A stretch of DNA of 64,000 bases from Candidatus Hermodarchaeota archaeon (GTDB taxonomy: Archaea > Asgardarchaeota > Thorarchaeia > Thorarchaeales > Thorarchaeaceae): the NCBI GenBank assembly GCA_048885865.1, contig JBHLLF010000003.1:32001-96000 (forward strand), read 5' to 3'. A model generated the notes under the pieces. It was not told the origin of the DNA and did no database searches. It worked only from the letters and a program-made list of their open reading frames with translations. Within the stretch, counting starts at the first letter, position 1. Each line of letters opens with the position of its first letter. Below, in pieces: positions 29,354 through 38,973 of the stretch. Both the position numbers and the translations under genes were made by a program.

Positions 29354-30637
29354 TTGCTCTTGTCTGAAACAAGACGTCTGCTACTGGAGTTCGAAACGGA
29401 AGAAGTCGGAATCCGCGCTTCAAAGGATAAGAGGGTGAAGAAGGCACTAGTTAGTGCATTTTCTGATGCCTCCGACGTTGTGAGGGAGCGGGCTCTTCTA
29501 GCAGCTATTGATGCTGGCGATCCCACTATTGTAACTGACATAATCAAGGCAATGACGGATGAGGATGACGATGTTAGAATTGCAGCCGCTCAGGCTCTAG
29601 CATTCTATCACCAGCCAAGAACAATCCCTGATTTACTGAAAGGACTCCAAGACATCAATACATGGGTCAGGTCGCACTGTGCTGCAGGCCTCTCCAAGCT
29701 CCTAAATGGGCCAATCTGGGCAAGACTTGATTCAGGTGAGATTGAAGACCTTATCGCTGGCTTTCCTGACATGCAGGACTCTGTTATTCGTTCAAGACTG
29801 AGTAAGATGAATGTAGAATCCGATGCCATTGGTAGATACTTAACCTGGCGAGCAAAGGACTTCGATATAGAAATCGATGTTACAGACTTTCTCAAGGGAT
29901 TGGAAGAAACGCCTATAGTATTGCCAGGAGTGGCCGAAGCCGCAGCAGCGGCTCCTTCTGATGAAATTCCGAGAAAGACCACAGGCGTTTCTTCAGAGGT
30001 CGAAGAGATTCTTAGCGAATTACCAGATGAGCTTCGCGAAACTCTACCGGAGGAGGACCTGAGAAGACTCACTCCCGATACAGCAAGAGAATTGGTCATC
30101 TCCTTGACAACAGCGATGCCCACCGCAAAGCCAAAAGAAATGCCGAAGAAGAAAGCAGTGAAGGTCAGGAAGGTCAAAAAGGTCCGCCGAAAGAAGAAAG
30201 GGCCAAGCAGGCAGGAACTCGTAGAGATGATTCCAGATGAAGTAAGGGAATCTGTTTCAGACGATGTTCTCAAGACATTGACATATGAGGAACTTGAGGC
30301 GCTGATTGCATCAACAACTGAAGCCGCAGCTCCTGAAGAGAAGTTATCGAAGAAAGAGGCAATAATCGAAACGCTTCCCGCGGAAGTGGTCGATTCAGTC
30401 GGCGATGGTAAACTGCAGCGAATGACTGTCAAGGAGTTAGAGGAGCTTGCTGCCACAGCTAGCATGAGTGATGATGAACGTCGACTTCAGGACTTCACCG
30501 AGAAATATGGCGAAGAGAAGGCAAAAGTTCTCGCAGGAGTGCCTGATGAAATGTTGGCCGGCATCCCAGAGGAGCAAATCCATGAGATGGACTTGGATAC
30601 TCTGAAGGCACTAGTTCAGGCTCTGGAACACACTTAG
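29354..30637 (+). CDS. HEAT-repeat protein with four C-terminal ~27-aa helical repeats
   Basis: D..DVVRERA, DEDDDVRIAAAQAL, DINTWVRSHCAAGL; Lys/Arg linker; repeated hPxEh...h.hxxLxxL units. Confidence 0.8.
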   Translation: MLLSETRRLLLEFETEEVGIRASKDKRVKKALVSAFSDASDVVRERALLAAIDAGDPTIVTDIIKAMTDEDDDVRIAAAQALAFYHQPRTIPDLLKGLQDINTWVRSHCAAGLSKLLNGPIWARLDSGEIEDLIAGFPDMQDSVIRSRLSKMNVESDAIGRYLTWRAKDFDIEIDVTDFLKGLEETPIVLPGVAEAAAAAPSDEIPRKTTGVSSEVEEILSELPDELRETLPEEDLRRLTPDTARELVISLTTAMPTAKPKEMPKKKAVKVRKVKKVRRKKKGPSRQELVEMIPDEVRESVSDDVLKTLTYEELEALIASTTEAAAPEEKLSKKEAIIETLPAEVVDSVGDGKLQRMTVKELEELAATASMSDDERRLQDFTEKYGEEKAKVLAGVPDEMLAGIPEEQIHEMDLDTLKALVQALEHT

Positions 30638-30644
30638 TTCATAA

Positions 30645-31925
30645 CTACTCCGATCCGCGTATGACGATTGCAAATTCACTTGCCAGCTTGCCATACCACT
30701 CTAGAAGATCTCTCATATTGTCAACATGGCGATATGTTCCGTTGCCATACTGGGCCATCGCAAGCATCAATTCCTCGTCAATCTCGCTGCGTTCGCCAAG
30801 TCCGATAGTGTAAATCACAAGACTGGTTGTATCTGCGAATCGATCCTTGAGAACCTTGAGTGGAGCGGGGCCTGATGTTGTCATTCCATCCGTCATCATG
30901 ATGACCATTGTCGGCTTGGATGGGTCTCCAAATGCTCTGATGATATCCGCAGCTCGTACGAGAGCTGTCCCCATGTCTGTTAGAGTGCCTCCTTCCTCAA
31001 TTTTGTCCACCACGTGAGTGCTTATGATTTGAAGACCGAGAGCCTTCTCTCTTCCCGTACACTCAACATAGGGTTGGACCTCTCCCGTTTCTGAACTCAA
31101 AAAGGTCATCTCAGTGACCTCTTTCTCGAAAGTCACAACCCCAACTTTCTCGCCATAGCCTCTCCCTACCTTTTCCGCAAGGTACAGGAGGACTGCCATC
31201 GCTGCAGCCTCACCTCTACTTACATTCGTTCCTTCCTTGAAACGATCTAGAAATGCTTGAACCTCTGGGTTGTCCCCGGCGAGATCCTTGAGGCCTTCAC
31301 GTGCATGAGCTATGTCCTGAACAGGCACATCAATTGTTTTCATCGAACCGCTAGTATCAATGCATAGAACTGCATTGAAAGGAGTAGCAATTCCTATAGT
31401 CTTAAACTGATATCCAGTTCGTTCCTTAAGAGCTTCAAAAGCGAGTTTAGCGAATCTCTTGCCAGAGAGAGATGGACGAGTTGTCATTATCTCGACTTTC
31501 ACGTTCAACTCTGGCCAAATGAATGACATTCCCGGGTATACTAGACGTCCACCAATGAGCTTCTCTAAAGATGCGACTTGTTCAGCAGCTCGCGTGACAA
31601 GATCTTCTGTACTGGCATCCTCAGTGAGGGGCTTGAGCCCGAATTCCACATATTCCAGGGCAATCATGTCCTCATCATACAGAGACACCTCAATGCCCGC
31701 GTCGCCTTCCATTAAGAGCGAGGCTTCAAGGACCAGAGTATCAATTCTGATTCTATCAGGTGGAACACCATCATTGATTCGTATCTGTGCAGCACCCCAG
31801 AATGATGAGGCTGGGTCCTCAAACACAACGATTGATCCCAGCTCAGCATTCAGCTTCTTAGCAGTCTTTGGGTTGAGAACGGCGTATCCTCGAAGGTCTC
31901 CGCCATCATCAATCTCCAGTTTCAC
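30645..31925 (-). CDS. Cdc48-N-like (double-psi barrel + alpha/beta) domain fused to vWA with intact MIDAS
   Basis: RGYAVLNPKTAKKLNAELGSIV..WGAAQI...PPDRIRID resembles the Cdc48/NSF N domain; vWA motifs LCIDTSGSM, GTLTDMG, MTDG, YTIGLG. Confidence 0.75.
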   Translation of the reverse strand: MKLEIDDGGDLRGYAVLNPKTAKKLNAELGSIVVFEDPASSFWGAAQIRINDGVPPDRIRIDTLVLEASLLMEGDAGIEVSLYDEDMIALEYVEFGLKPLTEDASTEDLVTRAAEQVASLEKLIGGRLVYPGMSFIWPELNVKVEIMTTRPSLSGKRFAKLAFEALKERTGYQFKTIGIATPFNAVLCIDTSGSMKTIDVPVQDIAHAREGLKDLAGDNPEVQAFLDRFKEGTNVSRGEAAAMAVLLYLAEKVGRGYGEKVGVVTFEKEVTEMTFLSSETGEVQPYVECTGREKALGLQIISTHVVDKIEEGGTLTDMGTALVRAADIIRAFGDPSKPTMVIMMTDGMTTSGPAPLKVLKDRFADTTSLVIYTIGLGERSEIDEELMLAMAQYGNGTYRHVDNMRDLLEWYGKLASEFAIVIRGSE

Positions 31926-32010
31926 CGTCTTGGTGATGTCATTCTCCTCCTATTGTAAGTTGTTTAACTCTTCTTCAGATTCATTATAAAGAATTGTGCA
32001 AGATGGTCCA

Positions 32011-33519
32011 TCACGTTAGTAACTTCAAAACCTCTCTAGTTAGGTCTAATGCCGTCCTACTCTTGATGGGATTTGAATTAATCGCTTTGGTGAACGTGGC
32101 ATTAATCCTCTGAGTCCCAAACTCAAGGCTATCAAGAGAATCTTCGCCCTTTGTGCCGAGAACGGTACAGCTTGTTATAGTACCAGGGCCTCTTTTGACC
32201 CAGAGATGCAATTCTGTTTTACCGCCACGGACACCAAGAGAAATAACATACGAGTCGAAGTAAATGCCATTATGACCACCTGAACTGACAGTTTGCACTT
32301 TGGGCCAAGTGTGCTTTGGTGGTATCATGTAATCCACGGAAGTGATATCCCAGCCCTCGCCAGCAATCAGCTTCATCAAGGTATCTTCAAGGGTGACTAT
32401 TGCATCGCTTTCGCAACCAATGCAAACGACTGCTTGTGGAGGACGCTCAATAGCTCTATCTGTCCCAAATGGACGATTAACCAAGGATAACGCATTTCCA
32501 CCAAGAATCCTCTGGGCATCTTCTAATCCTCCTGGAAAATCGCGAGACAGAAGATGAAGTATGAGTTCAACAGCTTGTACCGAGAGAAAGGTGTAGTCAG
32601 TCCCAAAAAGAAGATTATCCGACCAACTCCCCGTAGACATGTTTAACCGATCCTTCGACATTCTGAAGAGAACAGGTACATCCTTGTCATGGAGTGTAGA
32701 AGTTTCTCCATAGATAGCAGGATCCCGCAATATTTCATAGAGCTTAGTACTTCCGGGACTCATGGCACAATGTGCGAGGATGATACTCAGTCCCCGCATA
32801 GCATTCGTATATCTATCATCTTCCCTCATTGAGACCACTAGGTTTCTTATTCTCTCGGCTGTCCGGATGTTCCTTGTGTCCAGAATCACAGGGATGCGTA
32901 GCTCTCCTGCTCTAGCAACTACAGCCTTCATATATTCGGACTCGATATCTTCCAAGAATAGCTGAGCTAGAGGATGGAGTTTCAAGCCCCTAAGTCCGAG
33001 CTCGCCGATAGCTCTGTCAAGCTCTCGAATTGGTAAATCAGGTGTCCCACTCAGGGCGTCCTTTGGATCTACCCGAGCGAAACCAATAAGCCTAGATGAA
33101 TGAGGAGCACGTGATGTCCAAGCTGCAATCCTGTCGTTTGATACATAAAACGATGGCTCATCTGGGGATCGACTCTTGGAGTAGTCATCCGTGTAAGGAA
33201 ATGCAATTGTTCGGTCGACCAGCCAGCCATGATTCATCCGTGCCCACTTCTCTTTGGCTGCAAAAATCCTCTCCGGCAACTCAGGTATTTCAATCCGTAC
33301 AGGCTCATACAATAATGCGTCATTATTCATCATTTTCTCAGCCATTCGCTGCATCTCGATCCATAGTAGCGCATAGAACTCATATGCCCCTCCGGGAGTA
33401 TTCCGATGGCTCTTCTCTTTGCCCATATGGTGATGAGCATCCACAATGTATAGTTTGAACTCATCTCCCTTTCTGATGCCTTTCTCTGGAATGTCTTGAA
33501 GTGCTCGAACAACCAACAT
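32011..33519 (-). CDS. Metal-dependent amidohydrolase (amidohydro_2 TIM barrel) with C-terminal extra domain
   Basis: IVDAHHH, GLKLHP, ILAHC, LFGTDY, ILGGNAL. Confidence 0.85.
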   Translation of the reverse strand: MLVVRALQDIPEKGIRKGDEFKLYIVDAHHHMGKEKSHRNTPGGAYEFYALLWIEMQRMAEKMMNNDALLYEPVRIEIPELPERIFAAKEKWARMNHGWLVDRTIAFPYTDDYSKSRSPDEPSFYVSNDRIAAWTSRAPHSSRLIGFARVDPKDALSGTPDLPIRELDRAIGELGLRGLKLHPLAQLFLEDIESEYMKAVVARAGELRIPVILDTRNIRTAERIRNLVVSMREDDRYTNAMRGLSIILAHCAMSPGSTKLYEILRDPAIYGETSTLHDKDVPVLFRMSKDRLNMSTGSWSDNLLFGTDYTFLSVQAVELILHLLSRDFPGGLEDAQRILGGNALSLVNRPFGTDRAIERPPQAVVCIGCESDAIVTLEDTLMKLIAGEGWDITSVDYMIPPKHTWPKVQTVSSGGHNGIYFDSYVISLGVRGGKTELHLWVKRGPGTITSCTVLGTKGEDSLDSLEFGTQRINATFTKAINSNPIKSRTALDLTREVLKLLT

Positions 33520-33660
33520 CTAAATGCGGCCTCGGTTGGTGGAGGCTACTGACTTGTGAGAGATAAAGTATTCCTTCATAGACAGAAGCACGAAGTGCAT
33601 CTGCGTCAGGCATATATCCAAACGTGAGAAACTGGAGAATAGAGTCCGCGGGAGCATGAA

Positions 33661-36324
33661 TTGATGCTTGTTGTTGAAGACACTGCAGAGGGCGAGGTCA
33701 AGCGCTTCCTAGTGGTTGATGCGCTGATACAACTAGGAGAGATTCAGGCCGGTTCTCAAAGCAGAATCTTTGACCCCAATAGGGTGCTCTCATTCTATGA
33801 TATGGTTGAGAATCAGCTACTCGATTACTCAAGCAAATATCCTGAGGCCTTCAAATATGTCCCCCGAAGAGCATATGCCTACCTCAAGAGACCTCCTATT
33901 CTTAGTGAGCTATATCACGATGTTTCTTCTTCAGAACTAGGATGGTTTGCCGATCTTTTCGCAGTGAGACCACTGCTAGGAGTGGGAGATACCAAGCTGC
34001 CCCTCGAACAGCGCAGGAAAAACATCACACGCACTGAGAACTGGAGTGTCACTCCACCCTTTAGCTCAAGATTATATCGACTTCAAGACATGAGATTTGG
34101 CAGCCGAGGTCGAAATGGCTGGGGTGCGGTAATGACCGCTCTGGACCTAAAAGAGTCGCTGAGAAATGACAATCGCACAGACCTCCTGAGCTATTTCAAA
34201 TCCCAGTTGCCGTTGCTAATTGAGATGGAAAAGAAGGAGGACCTTGATTTGCTAATGGAATGGCTGGTCTTCCTAAAGGATGCTGGGCTTGAGGCGCCGC
34301 CCACGCTTTTCCTACTTCGAGATCATAAGGCGTGGAACTCTGAGATCATGCGGCTGCTTCAGATTCCAAATTCCAGATTACTGCTTGCTGGTGCAACAAT
34401 AACCTCATTATCGACAATAATCAAAGACCTTCGCAACTCAACAGGCGATTCTGATTGGTCCAAGAAGTTTGTATTTGCGAGTGCATATCCTGAAACTCAG
34501 AAAGGTGATAGCATTACAGAGATCATCAGCTTTCTTCTGAGTAATAACTTGGGAGCTACTCCTGAAGAGCTGCAGCGGATTCTTGCAGGGAACCTTCTCA
34601 GTATGCTACCGCCAAGGCCTCCATATTACGAGTATGTGGACAACACATCCAGTGTGATTGCAGAAGGATTGATCGGAAAGGCATCACTCAGTGAAATGTC
34701 AAGAATCTTTAGAATCCTCGCGGCCAGAAAGATCCAGATTATCGAGTCTTTTGATTACATGATTGCAAACGAAGGCGGCGAGATCCATCTCAACGATTCG
34801 ATTTTAACTGTAAGAAATCCTATATCAAAGACGGCCAACACTGTTGTATTGCTTAACGAGCCTGATGACTCCCTCACGGTTTCTGGTTGGAGAAATTCTT
34901 TCACAAGAAAATCTCCAGATAGAATGATAGACCCTCTCAAGTCTCTAGTTCAATCAACAGCCAGAACAGATGGCCCCATTCTACAGTCGCCATCAGATAT
35001 AAACCGGTTCAATCGTGCCCTCCTAGACTGCCTGAAAGTGAAGAACATGCAGGAGATTCTTTCCGCGCTGCATTTCAAGCTAAATATGTCAGGTACCAAG
35101 AATGGAACACTGTTGATGTCAGAAGACGATATGCGTGCCATGGGTGTAGCAAATGGAGATTTGGTGTTGGGCATGGATGCCATGGAAGGTCAGTGGTGGG
35201 CAGGCTGTGTCGAACTAGATGCAGGATGTCCTCAACGAACCATTTGTGTTTCAAAAGACGACGCACTTATTCTTGGACTTTCGGAAGATTCGGTTGTGGA
35301 CATAGTCAAGAGCGAAGGCAAGATTAAGAACCTAGAGAAAGCTGTCTTTGCGTTGGACTCGACTAAGGGATTCTCAAGAGCGGAACTGCTGTCATATGCA
35401 TACCTGCATGCAGAGAGACTGCAAAAGACATTGAACGGTCAAATTCTGGGCAAGGGAACTTCAATCTGGATCAATGGTCGTGATGCTGGGGCTTGCATGA
35501 CACTCACGCACTCTGTTCCACCTCTGGATCCTGGAGAATTAGCTAGACTAGCTGGCGACTCATTGGAATTTAGACCTTCACAGATGTTCAGACCATTCAA
35601 CATGATTCTAGCCATATCGACAGATAGTGGAATGGGTGTTCAAGACATTGAACTCAAGACAGTGCAGTCTTTGAAGCGAAGACTGAGCACATTGTCCTCG
35701 ATAGTGCCGGAGATTGAAGACCTCCTATCGAATCTCGGAACCTCAATAACTAGAATGGATATGGCGACACTTGCAGCTTTGCTGCTAATTCAAAGTCTGT
35801 CCGGCAATAGAACTGATGGGTCGTTGGGTATCGTCACAGTTGGAGAAACCCCTACGAAATTCTCAATTCAAAAGGGAGAGATCATTCAGACGAGAATACA
35901 GTTCTCCAATGACTTTGCATCTGAGGATGTTCTGGTGTCAATACTCTATTCGTTATTGGACAGTTCCCGTGATTTCGGAGGTTCGGCCAGATTATCAGGC
36001 GCATTCAGAGCTATAGCCGAGTTCCTAGAAGACTTCGGTTCTGAAATGCCAACACTAATTGTATTGATGGCCAATCTAGGCGGTGAAACCTTCGAAGATG
36101 TGAAACCATTCCTACAAGCAATAGCATCAAGAAACAGATACCAAATAGAGATTCTTAGCCTGGGAGAAGATGCTCAGAGCCTTAGTCCTGATTTCAGAGA
36201 TATCAATGTAAGAGTGCATCACATGACCAGTTTTGCGGCTGATGTTTTTGAGGGCTACTTGGCCAATGTTATTGAGAAACTAGTGATGGGAAATCTTGAC
36301 CATTCTACTTCCGATGCCTTTTGA
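33661..36324 (+). CDS. Fusion of degenerate amidohydrolase + Cdc48-N-like + degenerate vWA
   Basis: VVDALIQ, FASAYP, QRILAGNLL and SFDYMI parallel ORF 32011-33519. NGTLLMSEDDMRAMGVANGDLV..WWAGCV and PFNMILAISTDSGM..QDI parallel ORF 30645-31925. Confidence 0.7.
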   Translation: MMLVVEDTAEGEVKRFLVVDALIQLGEIQAGSQSRIFDPNRVLSFYDMVENQLLDYSSKYPEAFKYVPRRAYAYLKRPPILSELYHDVSSSELGWFADLFAVRPLLGVGDTKLPLEQRRKNITRTENWSVTPPFSSRLYRLQDMRFGSRGRNGWGAVMTALDLKESLRNDNRTDLLSYFKSQLPLLIEMEKKEDLDLLMEWLVFLKDAGLEAPPTLFLLRDHKAWNSEIMRLLQIPNSRLLLAGATITSLSTIIKDLRNSTGDSDWSKKFVFASAYPETQKGDSITEIISFLLSNNLGATPEELQRILAGNLLSMLPPRPPYYEYVDNTSSVIAEGLIGKASLSEMSRIFRILAARKIQIIESFDYMIANEGGEIHLNDSILTVRNPISKTANTVVLLNEPDDSLTVSGWRNSFTRKSPDRMIDPLKSLVQSTARTDGPILQSPSDINRFNRALLDCLKVKNMQEILSALHFKLNMSGTKNGTLLMSEDDMRAMGVANGDLVLGMDAMEGQWWAGCVELDAGCPQRTICVSKDDALILGLSEDSVVDIVKSEGKIKNLEKAVFALDSTKGFSRAELLSYAYLHAERLQKTLNGQILGKGTSIWINGRDAGACMTLTHSVPPLDPGELARLAGDSLEFRPSQMFRPFNMILAISTDSGMGVQDIELKTVQSLKRRLSTLSSIVPEIEDLLSNLGTSITRMDMATLAALLLIQSLSGNRTDGSLGIVTVGETPTKFSIQKGEIIQTRIQFSNDFASEDVLVSILYSLLDSSRDFGGSARLSGAFRAIAEFLEDFGSEMPTLIVLMANLGGETFEDVKPFLQAIASRNRYQIEILSLGEDAQSLSPDFRDINVRVHHMTSFAADVFEGYLANVIEKLVMGNLDHSTSDAF

Positions 36325-36595
36325 GAGACTCAATTGTAGCTATTCGGGTTTCCAGCAAATCAACCTCAACTTCAATGTCATCTATCGTATTGCCAATTTC
36401 CTCGATTGCATTGAAATGGTCACGAATACTCAATCCTTCCAGCCGAGTAGATTCTGCATCTATAAAGGATAGAATCTCTTTGACACCATTTAAACGCGCA
36501 TGAATTTCCTCAATTATGGCCAGTGTTTCTTCTATCCGGCCTATCGCAGGAGGGATTCTCGGACTCTCTGGCACAAGATTCACATCCGACTTCAT
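36305..36595 (-). CDS. Small coiled-coil protein
   Basis: Heptad pattern; translationally coupled (ATGA overlap) to the upstream gene. Confidence 0.6.
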   Translation of the reverse strand: MKSDVNLVPESPRIPPAIGRIEETLAIIEEIHARLNGVKEILSFIDAESTRLEGLSIRDHFNAIEEIGNTIDDIEVEVDLLETRIATIESLKRHRK

Positions 36596-37833
36596 TCGAT
36601 GAGCTGAGAGGCACGTTCCTCTATTATTCCCAGTCTGGCAGTTAGCTCTTCAAGCCTATCCAGCAGATGTCCAAGCTTGGTGCGCAGCATCCCTACAGCT
36701 GCACCTTCATCTCCTCCAAAATCACCTGTCATCATGGATGAGTTCAGCTGGTCGGCAAGTAATTGGGATTGGTTCTCAATTATCTCCAGCCTCTCAATGA
36801 TTTCCTCAACTGGGAATTTTTCCATGCGCGTTCTTAGGTCATCAACCAATGTCGTAAGAGATTGAGCTGCTCGTTTCTCTTCATCACTAATCATTGGTTT
36901 GACTGGTTCTGCCAAGATGAAGGACTTCTTCACCCCCTCTAGTAAGCCTTCAGGTTTGCTTACCACCACCTCTCTAGTTCTTGTTGGAGGGTGAACTCTG
37001 TCACCCCTCTCGAACCAAGCAGGCACCAGAAATTTGCGTGCAATATCTTCAAGATCTGTATCCAGTAGTATCGCGAAGGTAGCTAATTCTCGTGGATTAT
37101 CCCAGATAGCTAGCTCCACACTGTCCTCCTTTCTAAGAATCGCCGCGGCCACTCCCAGATTCAGATCCTCAAAGATCGGCAAATCAATAAGCCAACGGCT
37201 GAAGAGAAGCGCAAAGGCTGGAATCTGTCTCAACTTCCCGCATCGCAAGGCAATTGAGTATTCCTCCTCCGGTAGTTCAATTGCTTGCTTTATCCAAATT
37301 GATGTGTTGAATTTTCTTCCGGGGATGGTCAGACTAAGAACTTCAGCAGCCTCCCATTCTATGGCGTCTATTCTCAATTGTTCAATATAGTCCAAATGTG
37401 GTTCCTCAAATTCCGGAGAGAGTTTCTCTCCCAGAATATACTTCAAGACAAGGCGAATGATTTCGTGTGGGGAATAGTCACGAAGCCAGATAGTTGTGGC
37501 CAGCTTGACTCGCCCTCGTGCGTGTTCATCATCGGATAACACAACGACCAGCTTCGATGAATCAAGCCCTGGCTCTCCAAGAATGAAGATGCCGGTTCTT
37601 CCAGGAGCATCCATTGCGCGATCAGCCATCAAATGTACAGCATCATGAGTCGGTTCAATGTAATTCTCTTGATTGAATTTCGTAGTTGAAGACTCTTGGA
37701 GTCCTTTTGCTAGCAGCCCTTCCTCAACCCATCCCGATTTGAGTCCCTTTTCTGGAAGTTGCGATATTAGATATCCAAGAACTTCGCTGCTACTATACAT
37801 TGCTTGAAGTCTGGTTATTGCTTCGTCGTTCAC
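36592..37833 (-). CDS. Hypothetical protein with C-terminal coiled coil
   Basis: 413-aa ORF coupled by a GTGA overlap; globular N-terminal part and heptad-rich last ~100 aa. Confidence 0.7.
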   Translation of the reverse strand: MNDEAITRLQAMYSSSEVLGYLISQLPEKGLKSGWVEEGLLAKGLQESSTTKFNQENYIEPTHDAVHLMADRAMDAPGRTGIFILGEPGLDSSKLVVVLSDDEHARGRVKLATTIWLRDYSPHEIIRLVLKYILGEKLSPEFEEPHLDYIEQLRIDAIEWEAAEVLSLTIPGRKFNTSIWIKQAIELPEEEYSIALRCGKLRQIPAFALLFSRWLIDLPIFEDLNLGVAAAILRKEDSVELAIWDNPRELATFAILLDTDLEDIARKFLVPAWFERGDRVHPPTRTREVVVSKPEGLLEGVKKSFILAEPVKPMISDEEKRAAQSLTTLVDDLRTRMEKFPVEEIIERLEIIENQSQLLADQLNSSMMTGDFGGDEGAAVGMLRTKLGHLLDRLEELTARLGIIEERASQLIE

Positions 37834-38957
37834 CTGCCAACAACCTCGTTATCAATCCTATCGAATATTCTCTCAATCCTTGGTTTAACTTCTTTGAACT
37901 TGTCTATATGAATCAGACTCCCTTTACCCGCAACCGCAATAGCTTGCATTAAATCCATGTCTGATTCGGTTCCCAGTGCCACGCATGTAACAAAGATGCC
38001 TTGGCTCGCCCCCATTTTTCTTGCTGTAATAACCGGATTGCGACCTGAAGTGAATGCACCACCAGATATGAGTATCACAAGGGTGGGGAGCCCATTCCGC
38101 GATTTCAGTTGGTGTGCTATTTCAATAGACAAATCCATGGCGCTCCCAGGATTTGATGGTTCATCATTGCGGTCATTATTCTGTTCTGAAAGCCAATCAT
38201 GGATTGACTGATATGATTCTGAACTCAACTGAAGCATGCTACCTTCGGTAGTTGCCAATTCTTCGGACGACTCGCCAAACGCAACAGCTGAAACCAAAGC
38301 ATCATCGCACTCCTTGGCAGAGGATAGTATGGTCTCAATTGCACACAGACTAGCTTTGAATCGTGTGATTCCTGCAGTGCCATCTTCCATCTCTATATCT
38401 TCAATACCAGATGATGCTCCCACGTCTACCAAGCAACATAAATTGAAACAAGAAGGAAATTCAGCTTGAGCGGTAAGATTGACCTTCATTAGCTGATTCC
38501 ATATAATCCTAGATGCCTGCAGTTGCTCTGTAACGGGCTTTGAGTTATCCACGATTAATCCTATGCCAAGATCAGCAATATCAATCCGCTGTCCCATTCG
38601 TACAATACGACCATCAAGATGGTCCTTGAGATCATCGATTCGTCTGGATAGAGCATCCACAGCTTTTGTATTCTCTACTCCTTCCAGAGAATCAACAAGC
38701 AGAGATAGCTCATTGGAGTCAGGAATTGCTTCAGGAACAGCTGTCAAGGTAACTTCGCTGTGCTCTTCACATCCCAATTCATTGAATATTCGGGAATCGA
38801 TCACAATGGAGCCAGAAGCTATTCTCTCTGAAGTGCGAATGTCAGTGAAAACAATCACTCCTTCATAGCTCAATTGCGCCGTTGAAATCGTGGTTACAGA
38901 GGGATGCACAAATGAGATTCCTCTCTGGCTTCGCCCTTTGATAGCATCAAGCTCCAA
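37830..38957 (-). CDS. Cdc48-N-like + vWA paralog with degenerate MIDAS
   Basis: Likely TTG start at 38957 (after GGTG) gives MELDAIKGRSQRGISFVHP, matching the paralog N-terminus. FNLCCLVDVGAS, ISGGAFTSGRNP, CVALG, MQAIAVAGKG. Confidence 0.7.
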   Translation of the reverse strand: MELDAIKGRSQRGISFVHPSVTTISTAQLSYEGVIVFTDIRTSERIASGSIVIDSRIFNELGCEEHSEVTLTAVPEAIPDSNELSLLVDSLEGVENTKAVDALSRRIDDLKDHLDGRIVRMGQRIDIADLGIGLIVDNSKPVTEQLQASRIIWNQLMKVNLTAQAEFPSCFNLCCLVDVGASSGIEDIEMEDGTAGITRFKASLCAIETILSSAKECDDALVSAVAFGESSEELATTEGSMLQLSSESYQSIHDWLSEQNNDRNDEPSNPGSAMDLSIEIAHQLKSRNGLPTLVILISGGAFTSGRNPVITARKMGASQGIFVTCVALGTESDMDLMQAIAVAGKGSLIHIDKFKEVKPRIERIFDRIDNEVVGR

Positions 38958-38973
38958 GACCGGCCACCCACAC

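Noticed and set aside
29608-30465. 285-aa antisense ORF
   Set aside because: Ser/Phe-rich shadow of the charged HEAT-repeat gene on the opposite strand; no motifs.
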